Positions 14,787 to 28,871 of a stretch of DNA of 64,000 nucleotides are shown here, one piece after another. Made by a program: the position numbers and the translations under genes. Below the pieces are notes generated by a model that was not told the origin of the DNA, did no database searches, and saw only the letters and a program-made list of their open reading frames with translations. Numbering within the stretch: the first letter of the stretch is position 1; every line of letters begins with the position of its first letter. The DNA is from the human T2T-CHM13v2.0 reference genome, Homo sapiens, in the NCBI RefSeq assembly GCF_009914755.1, contig NC_060939.1; one strand, written 5' to 3'.

Positions 14787-14825
14787 TCTGTTCTTAGGAG
14801 TACAAGAAAACCAACAGTTCATCAT
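14787..14825 (-). CDS. UACA: Alternative first coding exon of the short UACA isoform (MMNCWFSCTPKNR)
   Basis: ATG ATG start, 13 codons, then gtaggt donor in phase 0 that joins HAADW; matches the recalled N-terminus of UACA isoform 2; too short for the ORF track. Confidence 0.88.
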
Positions 14826-16210
14826 AGACAGGATTTAGTTTCTTGTTGCTAATGGCAAACTACTTTGCATTAAGTTACAAATCTCTGTAAGCTCACAAAG
14901 CAAACTCTCAGACAAACTCCTGACAAGTGACTCAGTCCCTCACATGCTGTGCTACACTTAGCTTGGATCTCTAACGATATTTTCTTCGTCTTCAGGATCC
15001 TTCTCCGCCTTCATAACGCTCGAATATTATCTTCCTTGCAATGCAGAACTTGATTAAGAGCAGCCCCAAGTCAGGTACAGTAACTCTATCTATTTCTTAT
15101 TCTTTGGAAGCTAGCTATCTTTCAAAGTTGTCCCTTTGAGGGACCCCACTGGAAAACTTGAACAGCACTCTGCATCCTGCTGCCTCAACACTGCAACACA
15201 GACGCTGCAGTGCATGATAAAACTGTCCACATCCGAATTGTCCGGTAAACAGCGTGGAGCCTGTCTCCCATTGGTTGAGTTCTACTTTAGATTCCATAGG
15301 ACTTGACAGCTGAATGATAGAAAGGAGCAGCTAAGAATATATTGTAAATGCATGCTTTTCCTCTGAGTAATAAATTTCAGGTCTACTGGGGAAAATGACT
15401 CAAACATATTGTAAAACATGCTTATTATATAAAAACCAATTGTGTGACATAATGACAACATTTTAAGAGACAAATTTGGTTATTCCACAGAACAATATTT
15501 AAAACCAGTTTCAGTCTTAGGATCATCTAACATGAAGTTATAATAGCCCTGACAAACAGAATATAAAATTCTATTTTAAGCAAACGTGTCACATTTTAAT
15601 TTAAGGAAACGCACACACAGTAACACTTTCAAATTTTCTCCATTTTATTTTGTACCCCTATCAGTCTCTCTGCATACAACCAGGTTTCAGCTTACAACTG
15701 CTGCCAGTCTGTCTCCTAGCATGTTAAATGAGAAGAGCCAGAGGCACTGCCAAAACATTAAATAGAATACATAGTGATGCATACTTTTCAACAAATTTTA
15801 AATTTAACTCTGTACTTTTAGTTTCCAAGTTTAGCACCCTGCCTAATATAACAAGTAAATATTTTATCAGTGAAAAGTCAAATTACCTGGATTCACTGGA
15901 TGAAAAAAAAAACTGGTTAAACACTAAAGGAGGCAAATACACATTAGACAACGAGCTAGACTATTAAAAAAATCTCCATTTGGGGACAAAGCAGATAACT
16001 TCTCTGCATTCTCTACGATAGCATACTTGTATCAACATTTCTTACATTACCAAGGCCGGTGCAAATTCAGGGTGGTTTTTTTGTGGTGGCTGTTGTTGTT
16101 GTTTTTTAACCATGTTCTCATTACCACAATAGCATGAGAATAATTTACACTTCCTCTAAAAAGACACATTTGTGAAAATTGTTTCATGGGAATGCAAAAC
16201 ATTCCAACAC
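14826..16210 (-). promoter_or_regulatory. Putative internal promoter and 5' UTR of the short UACA isoform
   Basis: Repeat-free region upstream of the alternative first exon; TATA-like TATATAA (15425-15431, minus) next to CCAAT; AP-1 TGACTCA at 14928-14934 and 15396-15402; paired TEAD-like GGAATG/CATTCC at 16189-16205; TSS not determinable. Confidence 0.45.
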
Positions 16211-17680
16211 AAGTGTTTACAGGAAGGAAGTAGCTGCTATATTATAGATCATGCTGCCAGTTAAAAATTCTGCTATGTACTTCCACAAGAAATCTGTTTC
16301 CTACTAAATTTACAACATTAGGCCCATATTCTAATTATAAAATATATAAGGGTCATATACCATATCTCATTTTTGAAACAATGATTGTTTTTTCCCCCAA
16401 ACCACGAGATATCACAATGGATTCATTTGGCTAAACCCAGAGACTCCGCCCAGTCTGTGTCACCATTCTTTGAGGAAATCTTTGTTAGAACTCAGACCTT
16501 GTCCTTTGGGTAACAAAGCAAGCACATTCTTTCTAGAAATAGGACAGCAAAGGCGAAGGAAGAGGGAAAACAGTAACAAATAACTAAAGCCATATAAGGA
16601 GCGGCCCATGTTCAGGAGATAGGATTGTGTGTCCTAGTATTATGGATGTCCTGAGCTGCCTGCCACCTCCCCAGCCTCTGTGGCTTAATCTTCTGTGCCT
16701 GCTTTCACACCTTCCTTCATAGCTATTTCCCAAGAGCCCTACGCAAATTCCCACCTTTGCTGTCCCCTGTACCTATAAGGTTCTTCCCTCCCCTACTTTC
16801 AGGTTCTTCTCCAATGTCACTTCCTCAGAGAGGGCTTCTCAGACCTCTACATCTAAACGGCCCCGTGTCCCACTCTACCCCACCACTCTTTATCCTTGCA
16901 CCGTTTTACTTTTCTGCAGGGAGCTCATCAGTATCTGCCATTACATCAGATGTTTATCTGTTTATTAGCTTACTGCCTGTCTCCTCAGCTCCCCTCTAAT
17001 TTGACTATATCTAAGGTTTCTTCTGTGTCTGGTTTGAAACTATAAAACTAATTTTTCAATAAGTAACTTGGTAGTCAGTCACTAGATTCTCACCCATCTT
17101 AAGAACCAGAATCCACATCTGCTTCATGAATCCTCTTTCCTCTTGGACTAAATTGTTAAATAGGCTAGATCTGTAACACACATTTACCAGCAACATTGTT
17201 CCCCAGTAAACTATCCACATTCAGATAACAAGTATCTATTGACCTGAGATGAGGGCAGTTAGCCCATGAGTGGTTCAGCTGATTGCAACTGAGCAAACAG
17301 ATCCTACTGCTCATGGTCGATAAAAGATCCTTCTTCACACATACTCCTGCACATCCCACACCGCAAGTCTTTCTTTACCAGCCTACAAATCCACTGGACT
17401 CCTCAAAAAGCACTTTAGTTAAAACACATGTTCTTCAGAATTTTGCCTGACTCAAAAGTCTACCTGCTGTATGTATACTAGTAGGATAATTTATTTATAC
17501 TTTCTAGGCACCAGTGCTCTCAACTACAAAGCAAGGATAACAATAGAGAACCTATATGTGTAAAATCAAATAGCTAATAGATATGAATGATCTCAGCACC
17601 ATGCATGGTAGATGTTTATGCCCAAAAATGGTAGGCACTGGCGAGAGTCACAGGTGCTCCTGCTCCTGGGTCAGAGTTAC

Positions 17681-18113
17681 TCTTAAAAGAAAAACTTCAG
17701 CTGAATTAAATTTAAAGTTGTTTAATTGAGCAATGAACCATTCAGAAATCAGGCAGCCCACAAAATCACAGCAGATTCAGAGAGACCCCAGGGATGCCTT
17801 GTGGTCAAAACAAATTTATAGATTAAAAAGGGAAGTGATGTGTAGAAATCAGAAGGGAGGTACAGAAATAGCTGGATTGGTTACAGGATGGCGTTTGTCG
17901 TATTTGAATACAGTTTGAACACTCAGCAGTGTATGAGTGGTTGAAGTATGTGACTGCTGGGATTGGCCAAGACTCAGCTATTGTTACGGGCGCATACTCC
18001 TAAATTAGGTTTTCAATCTTGCCTATCTATTAAGTTAGGTTATGGTTCATCCACAAGGACTCAAATATAGAAGTACAGAGTCCTTCTCAAGGCATATTTA
18101 GTTTGCTTTAATA
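17681..18113 (-). mobile_element. ERV1 solo LTR, MER57A-like
   Basis: Minus strand starts TATTAAAGCAAACTAAATATG..GAGAAGGACTC and ends GAAGTTTTTCTTTTAAGA, similar to the recalled MER57A consensus. Confidence 0.7.
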
Positions 18114-18146
18114 TCACTAATCAGAAAAACACTCTTTAAAAAATTA

Positions 18147-18478
<332 letters not shown>

Positions 18479-18964
18479 CCAACCAAACCTCTAGAAGTAA
18501 CAATTTACAAGAAATACAGGGGACAGAGAAATATAATAAACTATATCACAAAGATTGCATCACAGGATGCAAACAGAAAGATCTACCATCGAGTAAACCA
18601 TGGTTTCTTAAACAAAATACGGCAAGATTAAAAAGACAGAATTTAACCTATAAATTAAAAGTGACTTCAGAAACCTATCAAGCAATCATAAGTCACAGAA
18701 CTTAAGTACCCTGATTAAACAAACTATATTTATAAAAATAAAACAATTGAGAAAATATGACTACTGACTGGATATTGGATGGCATTAAAGAATTATAGTA
18801 AACTGAGATTTCTGATGTGATAATCTTATAATTATTTCTGAAAATCCCCATGTTTTAAAAATACATACTGAAATATTTTTAGATCAAATGAATCAAGTGA
18901 TAAGATGCCTGGTATTTGCTTCAAAAATAATCAAAACAATCAGAGGGCAAACCTAATCTAATAG

Positions 18965-21348
18965 CACATTTAAAAGATTATACACCATGATCAACTGTAT
19001 AATCTTTATTCCTGGAATGCAAGGACGTTTCAATATATGAAATTCATTGTAATATACCACCTTAATAGAATAAAGGACAAAAATCACAATGATCATATAA
19101 GTTGATATAGAAAAAGCATTTGACAAGACTCAACATCCTTTCATGGTAAAAATACCCAAAAAACTGTGACTAGAAGGAAACTGCCTCAACACAATAAAGA
19201 CCATATATGAAAAGCCCACTGCTAACATTATACTCAACTATGGAAAACTGAAAGCTTTTCCTCTAAGATCAGGCAGAAGACAAAGATGCTGCTCTGGCCA
19301 TTTCTATTAGCATAGAACTGGAAGGCCTACTCAGAGAAATTAGGCAGGAAAAAGAAATAAAAGACATCCAAATCAGAAAGGAAGAAGTTGAAATCATCTC
19401 TGTTCTCAAATGCAATGATCTTATTTGTTAAAAAAAAAAAAAAAAAACTCTAAAGATTACAGATACAAACATACTCATACACACAAACAAAACAAAAACC
19501 TGTTAGAATAAATTCAGCAAAGGTGTGGGAGAGAGTACACAAAAATCAGTTGCATTTCTATATAATAACAATGAACAATCCAAGACAAAATTAAACAATT
19601 CCATTTACAATACCTTCAAAAATAATAAAATACTTAGGAATAAGCCTAGTCAATTAGGTGAAAAATTTGTACACTAAAAATGACAAAACATTTTTGAAAT
19701 TAAAGAAGTGACAAATCTAAAGACATCCCAGGTTCACAAATTTGGAAAACTGAATACCGTTAAGATGTCAATACCACCCAAGGCAATCCAGAGATCAGTG
19801 CAATCCCTATCAAAATCCCAATGGCATTTTTGCAGAAATAGAAAAGTAAATCCTAACATTCACATGGAATCTCAAGGGACTTCAAATAGGCAGTCTTGAA
19901 AAGGAAAAAGAAAGTTGAAGACCTCACACTTCCTGATTTCAAAGCATATTATGAAGCTATAGTAATCAAAACAGTGTCATAATGGCATAAAGACAGACAT
20001 ATAGACCAGTGGAATAAAGTAAACAGCCCACAGATAAACCCTCATGTAATAGTCAAATGATCTTCAACAAGGTGCCAAGAGCACTCAATAGAGAAAGAAC
20101 AATCTCCTCAACAGTGTTGGGAAAACTGGATAGCCACATGCAAAAGAACAAAGTTGGACCTTTATCTTACATCAGATGCAAAAAATGACTCAAAATTGAT
20201 TGAAGACCTAAACATAAGACCCCAAACTATAAAACTCCTAGAAGAAAACACAGGAGAAAACTTCGTAAATTGGATTTGGCAATGATTTCCTGGATGTGAC
20301 ACCAAAAGCTCAGCTACAAAAGCAAAAATAGATCAATGAAACTATATCAAACTTCTGTGCAGCAAAAGAAACAATCAACAGAATAAAAAGGCAACCTACA
20401 GAATGCGCAGAAATATTTGCAAATCATATATCTAATAAGGGGCTAATACATAAATTACATTTTTAAATTACTATGACTCAACAACAACAACAACAAAGAT
20501 TTTAAAATGGGCAAAGGACTTGAATAGAAATTTCTACAAAGATAATATACAAATAGCCAACAGGCATAAAAAGATATGTTCAATGTCACTAATCATTAAA
20601 AAAAAAGCAAATCAAAACCACAGTGAGATATAACCTCACACTCATTACGAATGCTAACATCCCAAAATAAGGAATAAGAAAAGAACAAGTGTTAGCAAGA
20701 ATGTGTAGAAATTAGAACCCTTGTGCACTGTGGGGATTGTAAAATAGTCCAACTACGATGGAACACATATGGTGATTCCTCGAAAAATTATAAATAGAAC
20801 TACCATATGATCCAGCCATCCTACTTCTGGGTATATATCCAAATGAGTTGAAAGCAGGGTCTCCTAGAGATATCTGCATATCCATATTCATAGTAGCATT
20901 ATTTATAATAGCCAAGAAGTGGAAATAATCCAAATGTCCATTGATGGCTGAATGGATAAACAAAATGTGGCATATGCATACAATGGAATACTATTTAGCC
21001 TTAAAAAGGAAGGAAATCCTGTCACATGCTACGACATAGATGAATCTTGAGAGACATTATGCTAAATGAAATTAGCCAGTCAAAAAAAGACAAATACTGT
21101 ATGATTTACTTACATGAGGTACCTAAAGTAGGCAAATTTACAGAAACAGAAAACAATGGTAAATATCAGGGCTGTGGCAGGAGCAGAGGTGGGGAGCTAT
21201 TGTTTAATGGGTATAGAGTTTCAATTTTGCAAGATAAAGTTTTAAAGATCAGTTGCATAACAATGTGAACATACTTAACACATGAATTTAAAATGGTTGA
21301 CAGTAAATTTTTATGTTTCCAGTATAATTAAAAATAATAATAAAAACA
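18965..21348 (+). mobile_element. Old 5'-truncated L1 (L1MA/L1MB-like; degraded ORF2 and 3' UTR)
   Basis: Frameshifted similarity to the L1 RT and C-terminal region; L1M-type 3' UTR (catgaggtacct..gggtatagagtttca). Confidence 0.85.
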
Positions 21349-21373
21349 TAAGTGCAATCTCTCACAATACTAT

Positions 21374-21680
21374 CTTTTTTTTTTTTTTTGAGACGGAGTT
21401 TGTTCTGTCACCCAGGCTGGACTGCAATGGCACAATATCAGCTCACTGCAGCCTGCAACCTCCACCACCCAGGTTCAAGCTATTCTCCTGGTTCAGCCTC
21501 CCGAGTAGCTGGGATTACAGGTGCACACCACCCACACCCGGCTAATTTTTTTGTATTTTTAGTAGAGACAGGATTTTGCCATGTTGGCCAGGCTAGTCTT
21601 GAACTGCTGACCTCAAGTGATCTGCCCACGTCGGCCTCCCAAAGTGCTAGGATTACAGGTGTGAGCCACTGTGCCCGGCC
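21374..21680 (-). mobile_element. AluS
   Basis: Poly-T then antisense dimer. Confidence 0.92.
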
Positions 21681-22901
21681 AGCCTATTGCATGATTAATA
21701 CTAACAAATATTAATTTTTTTAAATCAATCAGGGGTTTGTGAGTATAGATAAAACAAGATTGGCCACAGGTTAATAACTGTTAAAGCTGAGTTACAGGTT
21801 CATGAGAGTTCATTATAGTAAACTATTCTCTCAAGTTCTGTAATTTCATTCACCGTTAATAAAATGGCTGATGTATACATATTTAAACTGCAAAACATCG
21901 TTATCACCAATGCCTTTCACTGAGTCATCAATGTGGCAGGAAAAGCAGCACGTCCTTTCCACTCTAATCCTTTAACAAAAGATACCTCTCTGCTTCAAAA
22001 GAAAGTATTAACATATCAACATATCTTGGTGAGTCCACAGTCATATACTTACAAGGCAAGCCCCATAATATCAAATGAAAGCCTTCTAAAAAGAAGCAGT
22101 AAATTTTTTGAGTGGTATTAATGTTTACCATATATTATAACAAGTAAATTTCTACAGTCAGTTATTATGTTGGTTTGAAAAAGAGACATTCATCCCATTC
22201 AGAAAGCAGCAAGCCAAAGTATCTATGGTAAAAGACAAAATATAGTTGTTTCTAGAGAACAAACATTTTAACACAAATCAGTTATTTCACCTGGTAGATC
22301 TAACTGGATAACGTTAAACTCTAAATCAACATAAAAGAAATCACAAGTTTTGACATTGACTCTCATATTAATATCAATTAGAAATTTGTAACTATTCCAG
22401 ATATATAAAATTTGAATTTGAAAAGTAATGTATGTTTAGTGTAGAAAGCCTAGAATACATTTAAGTGTATAAATGAAAAGAGATACCCCATAATTCCACC
22501 ATGCAGAAATAACCATTATTAAAAACTTTACATCTAGACTCTTTTCTGTTAAAAAGTCTGAACAAGATTTATTTAAGCCTATGAGTCCAATACTGAATAT
22601 TAATTTATTCAATATTTAAGACAGAAAGTCTCCTAAGAAATTTGTAGATGCAAATAAGTAAGTAGACTTTAACATATATGCAAATCCATATGAAATACCT
22701 TATACTGTTTAATGGCTAGTCAACAAATCATAGCTAAAATGATTAGGTAACTAGTTTTAGCCTAAAGGTAATTTATATAGGATGATAGCAAAACTTTGAT
22801 AAAAAACTGCTTAAAGCCAAGAGGAGTCATCCCGAACAAAAGTATCTAATTCACTGATCTTAATAATTTTGGTGTCATGGATCCCTTTAAAAATCTAATG
22901 A

Positions 22902-23196
22902 GGCAGGGTGTGGTGGCTCTCGCCTATAACCCCAGCACTTTGGGATCACTTGAGCCCAGGAGTTGAGACCAGCCTGGGCAACATGACGAAACCCTCTCTC
23001 TACAAAAAATACAAAAAAATTAGGTATGGTGGCACACACCTCTAGTCCCAACTATTTGGGAGGCTGAGGTGGGAGAATCACCTAGTCCTGGGAAGTCGGG
23101 GCTGCACTGAGCCAAGTTCGTGCCACTATATTCCAGCCTGTCTGTTACAGCAAGACCCTGTCTCCAAAAAATGAATAAAAATAAATAAAAAATAAA
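22902..23196 (+). mobile_element. AluJ with a small left-arm deletion
   Basis: Diverged dimer, A-rich tail. Confidence 0.85.
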
Positions 23197-23248
23197 TCTG
23201 AGAAAAGCAATGGACCCTCTTTTTATTTATAATTGCATATAAGCACTC

Positions 23249-24080
23249 TGTGAGATAGGAAAAACCAAACTTTTCCCAACTCTCACACTCACCACAAAAT
23301 ACTTCCGTGACCAAATGCAGAGAGGTTTTCCCCACTTACAGAGCAATTCTCCAGCACACAACATCTGGGTCTCCTACAATTTAACTCATTTTTGACACTA
23401 GCTACCTGGAGATAGTGTCAGATCGCACAGACCTACAGACTCAGTCCCATAAGACTGTCACTCCCACCCTTCAGATGCCAACTGCAAGCCCCAGCTTGTG
23501 ACCTGTGCTTCTGACCAACTGCCTGTAAATCAGGGTTCCCATGACCCATGATTAATTTGCTAGAGCAGCTCACAGGACTCAGGGAAACACTTTACCTATG
23601 CTTACTCGTTTATTGTAAAGGATGTTACCAAGCTTGCAGATCGAAGCGATGCAAAAGGCAAAGAATGTGGGAAGGCGTGAAGGGCTTTTTTGCCCTCTCC
23701 TGGTTCACCATCCTCCAGGTGCCTCCACATGTTCAGCAACCAGGAAGCTCTCTGAACCCTGTCCTTTTGGGGCTTTCACGGAGGCTACATTGCATAGGCA
23801 TGACTTTTTACATCACTGGCCATTGGTGATCAACTCAACCATCAGCCCCTTTCCCCGCCCCTGAGGCTGGAGTGGGCTGAAAGTTCCAACCCTCTAATCA
23901 TGGCTTGGTCTTTCTGGAAGACCAGTCCCCATCCTGAAACTATCTAGGGGCTCCCAGTCATCTCATTAGCATACAAAAGGCACTCTTATCTCTCTGGAGA
24001 TTCCAAGGGTTTTAGCAGTTGTTTGCCAGAAACCAGAAACAGGGATCAAATACATCTTTCTTGTTACATCATAATATCAA
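23249..24080 (-). mobile_element. LTR, MER21-like
   Basis: Motifs 'tcagtcccataagactg', 'gcagctcacaggactcagggaaacac' and 'cattagcatacaaaa' typical of MER21. Confidence 0.7.
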
Positions 24081-24289
24081 AAGCACATATTCAGAAAAAT
24101 TTATATTTATTTTCAAAGGGTTCACTGACCTCCTTTGCACAATATAGAATCCATAAACCCCCAAAATAAAGTTTTAAACCCTAATATAAGGAGAGGCAGC
24201 AAAAAAATGTGTATTTTACATAATGTTTATAAAATAAGTACCAAAGAACTGCCAGAAGCCTGGATAATTCATTTGTTCAATAAAAATTA

Positions 24290-24422
24290 GGCCGGGCACG
24301 GTGGCTCACACCTGTAATCCTACCACTTTGGGAGGCCAAGGCGGGCAGATCACTTGAGGTCAGGAGGACAAGACCAGCCTGACCAACATGGCAAAACCAT
24401 CTCTACTAAAAAAAAAAAAAAA
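24290..24422 (+). mobile_element. Alu left monomer only, ending in an A-run
   Basis: Left arm up to CTCTACTAAAA followed by poly-A; no right arm. Confidence 0.85.
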
Positions 24423-24899
24423 TTACAACAACAAAATAATTACTAAACACCTATGCGCAAAGGGATATAAATATTTCACTCAACATTCAAATATGTATGA
24501 TCAGTTGATAGTGCCAAGCCCCATTTACAGTGCTAGATATACCAGGGGAAAGAAAATAGACATGATACCTGGCCTCAAGCAGGTGACAGGAATTAAACCC
24601 AGTTACTTTCTTCAACTGATCTCAAAGTATAATAAGGCAGACAGATACATATATAAACATGCACAAAACAATTACAGTATACTATAACACCACCACAATA
24701 ATTATGTGTGAAATACTGAAATAGTTCAAAAGAGGGAAAGTCAGAAAAGTTCTATAGAGATGACTAACCTATCTATTAAAAGGTAAGCAGAAAATCACCA
24801 GGTTTGAAATATCATCACAAATTTAGGAAACGACAAACACAACGTATGGCCTTTTATGGTCTACAAAGCACTTTATATTCATGATATATGTATCAATTA

Positions 24900-25535
24900 A
24901 AAGCTACATGCAAATGACTCAGAAACACATCTGCAACCCAGGCTCCTCTAAGCTCCAGGCATATATATATATATATCTCCATATACCTTCTTCATGATTC
25001 TTCTTGAGTGTTTTAAAAGCACCTACATGTCCCAAACCAAAAACATGCTCTTCCTCCTGAATTCTGATCCTACTCCAAGTTTCATTAACACAGCAAAGAC
25101 ACCAGAATCCATCTGGTTATCTGGTTGTGTGTAGACAGAAACCTAGATATTAATCTTGACACCTTCCTTTCCTTGGTCCCCATCACCAAATCCTGCTGAT
25201 TTTACCTCCCCATCTTACTGAAATCCATCTGCTCATCTCCATGTCCATCAAAATTACCCTATTCCAAGTTAGTACCATCCCTCACCAGGATGGCTGCATT
25301 TATCTCCTAAATGGTTTGTTCTCGTTCATTCTAGCCCCTTTCCTTGTGTTCTCCACACTGCGGTCAGTAATTTTTCTAAAAAGGAAACCTAATCATACCA
25401 CCACCACCACTTCCCTATATCCTGTCCCACCTCAGTTAAAATCCTTTCAGTAGCTTTCTATTGCTTGTAGGATAAATACAAAGCTCTTTAATGGAGTCCA
25501 AAACTCCCTGCACAGTGCTGCCCTCACTTGCCTCC
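24900..25535 (+). mobile_element. L2 fragments
   Basis: L2-like motifs 'atgcaaatgactc', 'catgtcccaaacc', 'gaaacctag', 'ttctccacact', 'aggataaatacaaa'. Confidence 0.5.
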
Positions 25536-25972
25536 TTATATCATACGGAAAGTTAACCCTGTTTCTCATTTTATACATGCAGAAATGGAGTCACTAGGAG
25601 ATTAGGGGATTTGGTCTGCTATAAGGCAAATGTAATTAGTTGCAGAATGATTAAAGAATCCTGTTGTTTTGACTTCTTGTCCAGTGCTCTTTGTACTAGT
25701 TAAGCTATTTCCATTTCTCTAATCATCTGGAAAAAAATCTTCAATGTAAAAGTATCTTTTTAAAATTTCCACATAATAAACTTAGATATCCTTTATAGCA
25801 AAAAGGATGAAAACTTCCATATTTGCATATGCAAACTTTTATGAAGCATCTACTACTGTCAGGCATGGAAGACAGCCCAAGTCTCTCTTCCCATGGAACT
25901 TGATGTTCTAATGAAGAAAGATAAGTAAGCAACCAAGGAAAACAAACTATCACGTAAGAATAGGGAAGGAGA

Positions 25973-26247
25973 GCCGGGCGCAGTGGCTCACGCCTGTAAT
26001 CCCAGCACTTTGGGAGGCCGAGGCGGGCGGATCATGAGGTCAGGAGATTGAGACCATCCTGGCTAACACAGTGATGTATTTTTAGTAGTCTCTACTAAAA
26101 ATACAAAAAATTAGCCGCGCGCGGTGGCCGGCGCCTGTAGTCCCAGCTACTCGGGAGGCTGAGGCAGAATGGCGCGAACCCAGGAGGCAGAGCCTGCAGT
26201 GAGCCGAGATCGCGCCACTGCACTCCAGCCTGGGCGACAGAGCGAGA
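25973..26247 (+). mobile_element. AluY lacking its 3' terminus and poly(A), inside a 17-bp TSD
   Basis: AluY diagnostics (ATCCTGGCTAAC, GAATGGCG, GAGCCGAGATCGCGCC); TSD AAGAATAGGGAAGGAGA at 25956-25972 and 26248-26264. Confidence 0.92.
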
Positions 26248-28871
26248 AAGAATAGGGAAGGAGATGTGATGAAAATGCTGAGAGTTGACTGTTAGGTTGG
26301 GTAACTGAAAAAGGCTGTTGTAAGAATGTGATCTTGACGGTGATAGCCGAGTGACAAGGAATTTACATCCCAGACAGTGGGAACAACTAGTGAAAGGAGC
26401 TTGGATGTCTGAAAGAAGGCCAATGTAGCTGATGCATAATGAGTAAGACAATCCCAGGATGAGATAAGAAGGCAGACACCACCAGATCTATAATATGGGA
26501 TTCCTCAGTTTTATCGTAAACATTTTTCAAAAGGGACTTCTTGAAGGATTAAGGCAACTGTAGTTTCATGAAGTTCTTTTGGTCACTTTGGAATCAAGTC
26601 TACAAAAATAACTCATCCTGACATACTATTTTTTTTCACTTCCAAGAATTTATATTGAGCAATATTACCAGCTGAATCTTAACTTGCTTTGAAATGTTTA
26701 TAAGATGGATCAATTACCTTAATATAATAGATATCTTATATACCTCACCCACTTCAAACCTAGAAATCTAAATAAACTTTACAATGAACCATGCTAAAAA
26801 AACAACCATAAAAATAGCACTCCCCAAAACAGAGTTTCATAAAGTCACCATCCTCCAGATAAGGCTCCAAGAAAAGAAAGTCTTCTCCAATGGGAAAAAT
26901 ATATATCCTAAATAAAACTAAACATCATTGATGTTTAGGCAAATTCCCCCAAAACACCTAATTAAAAAAGTACACAGGCTTCTATAGTACCCTATAATTA
27001 CCAACATTCTCTGTTACACAAGCTCTATCACAATTCAAAACAGCAGACAGCAAAGCTTACGAAGCATAAACATTCCTTGAAGATTAGGCTGCACAATTAA
27101 GAACTGTTCTACAGTTCACTGGATTGATGATGGCTAGAAATATTTCCCCCATTCCATTTAGTCCAAAGGTTATTTATTACTCCCACTTACATAACAGCAA
27201 ATTAGAGCTTATGTAATAGAAAAGGAAAAGAATGTTAAAATATACCGGGGAAACAAAAGCTGTACAGCCAGCTTCTTTCTCCCTGACCCCTGACTCTCTT
27301 CTCTTTATTATTTCCCTTATCCTTAGTTAATTATGCCTCATTCACTTCTGTTATCCTTCCACTGTATGATTTGAAAGTATGTAGTTTGGACTCAATGGAA
27401 CAAACAGAAGAAAGGGAAAATTATATCCTATCAATCATTTTCCTGACCAAGGCAAGAACAGGCTTAATCTCACTTTACCGGATTCTTCTACATAAAAATA
27501 TAAAGGACAAAAAAGATGATGATGTTTTAAATAATAAATCTAACCTCTTCAGCATCTAAGGTGGCCATGAAATCTGAAAAAAAAAATTGAAGAACTGGAG
27601 TCAGAAAGACTCAGAAACCACTGCTTTGCCAAGATTTCCTAACCACCCGGTTTGATTCTATTCTAGTCTGTTGTACAAATACCAGACTGTCTGCCCCTCC
27701 CTAATGCAGGTATTTGTTACTTTATTAGAACTGTCTGGGCACTTAAAACAGTTTATGTAAAATATAGACAAGATGTGGCTTCTCCACGTTTAACAGTTAT
27801 CATTTGTACTGTAATATTACTTATTTTACCCTTCCTCAAGAGGAGATGCATTAAATTACTAAGTAAATATATACATAGATCTTAAACAGAACAAATTATA
27901 ATGTGTATCATACAAGAATGAAGCTTTCAGGCTGGATAAGATTTTGTTTAATATTCCCTTAAAAATACTACACAATTGGTTATTTGGAAAAAAATAAATT
28001 TTGTTCCTTGGTATTTTTTGAAAAGTGTATTCGACAAGAGTTCTTAAAAAGCCTAAATGTCATAAGTAAAATTTTTTAAATATAAAGCTAAAAACCAAGG
28101 AGGGTCACTGTGCCTTCTATCCCTATATATACCAATGAACACAGTAATAGTTACGGTGAATTTTAACAAATATTTTTGCCAATGTTTGATATGTATCTCA
28201 AAACAGGAGAGTTTTAGAAAGCTATGTTTATTCTCAACAAAGTAAAAGGCAAAACAGATACACTTATTAAAGAGCCTCTGATGGGGTTTGATTACAATAA
28301 AAACAAACAAAAGATATTTTTGTACCTTTGGCTTTGTAAAGAAATATTAATTAAACAAAAATAGGTTCGCTACAACTCAAAAGACTCTTCAAGTACTAAA
28401 CTGAAAACAAACATTACACTATTAGCCAATATTTTTATAATGTAAAATGGGAATTATAAGGTTATATATATAAAAGCAGAGGGTTACAGGAAAGCATATG
28501 TTTTTGTAAACATATTAAAAGTTAGCTGCTCTTCCTTTTATTTATTAAATGAATAATACTTCTGCACCAATGCATAACTTTCCCCCAAACACAGCTATTT
28601 CACACAGGATTTCCTTCCAGTGAGTCTTAATACATGTCTCCCATATTAAAAATACATGGCCAAATTAATAATGAGAAAGAATGTTTGTTCTCATATTTAG
28701 ATCTATAATAAAAACACAGCATTATAAATAAGGATTATATTTCAAAATTGTTTAGAAAAAACCTCTTAAGTGTTGTATATACACAATTCTTAAACTTGAA
28801 GAAGAACCCTTCAAGTTAAGTCAAACTGTTATTTCTACTTTCCAAATGGGATATAAAGGAACTAATTTAAG

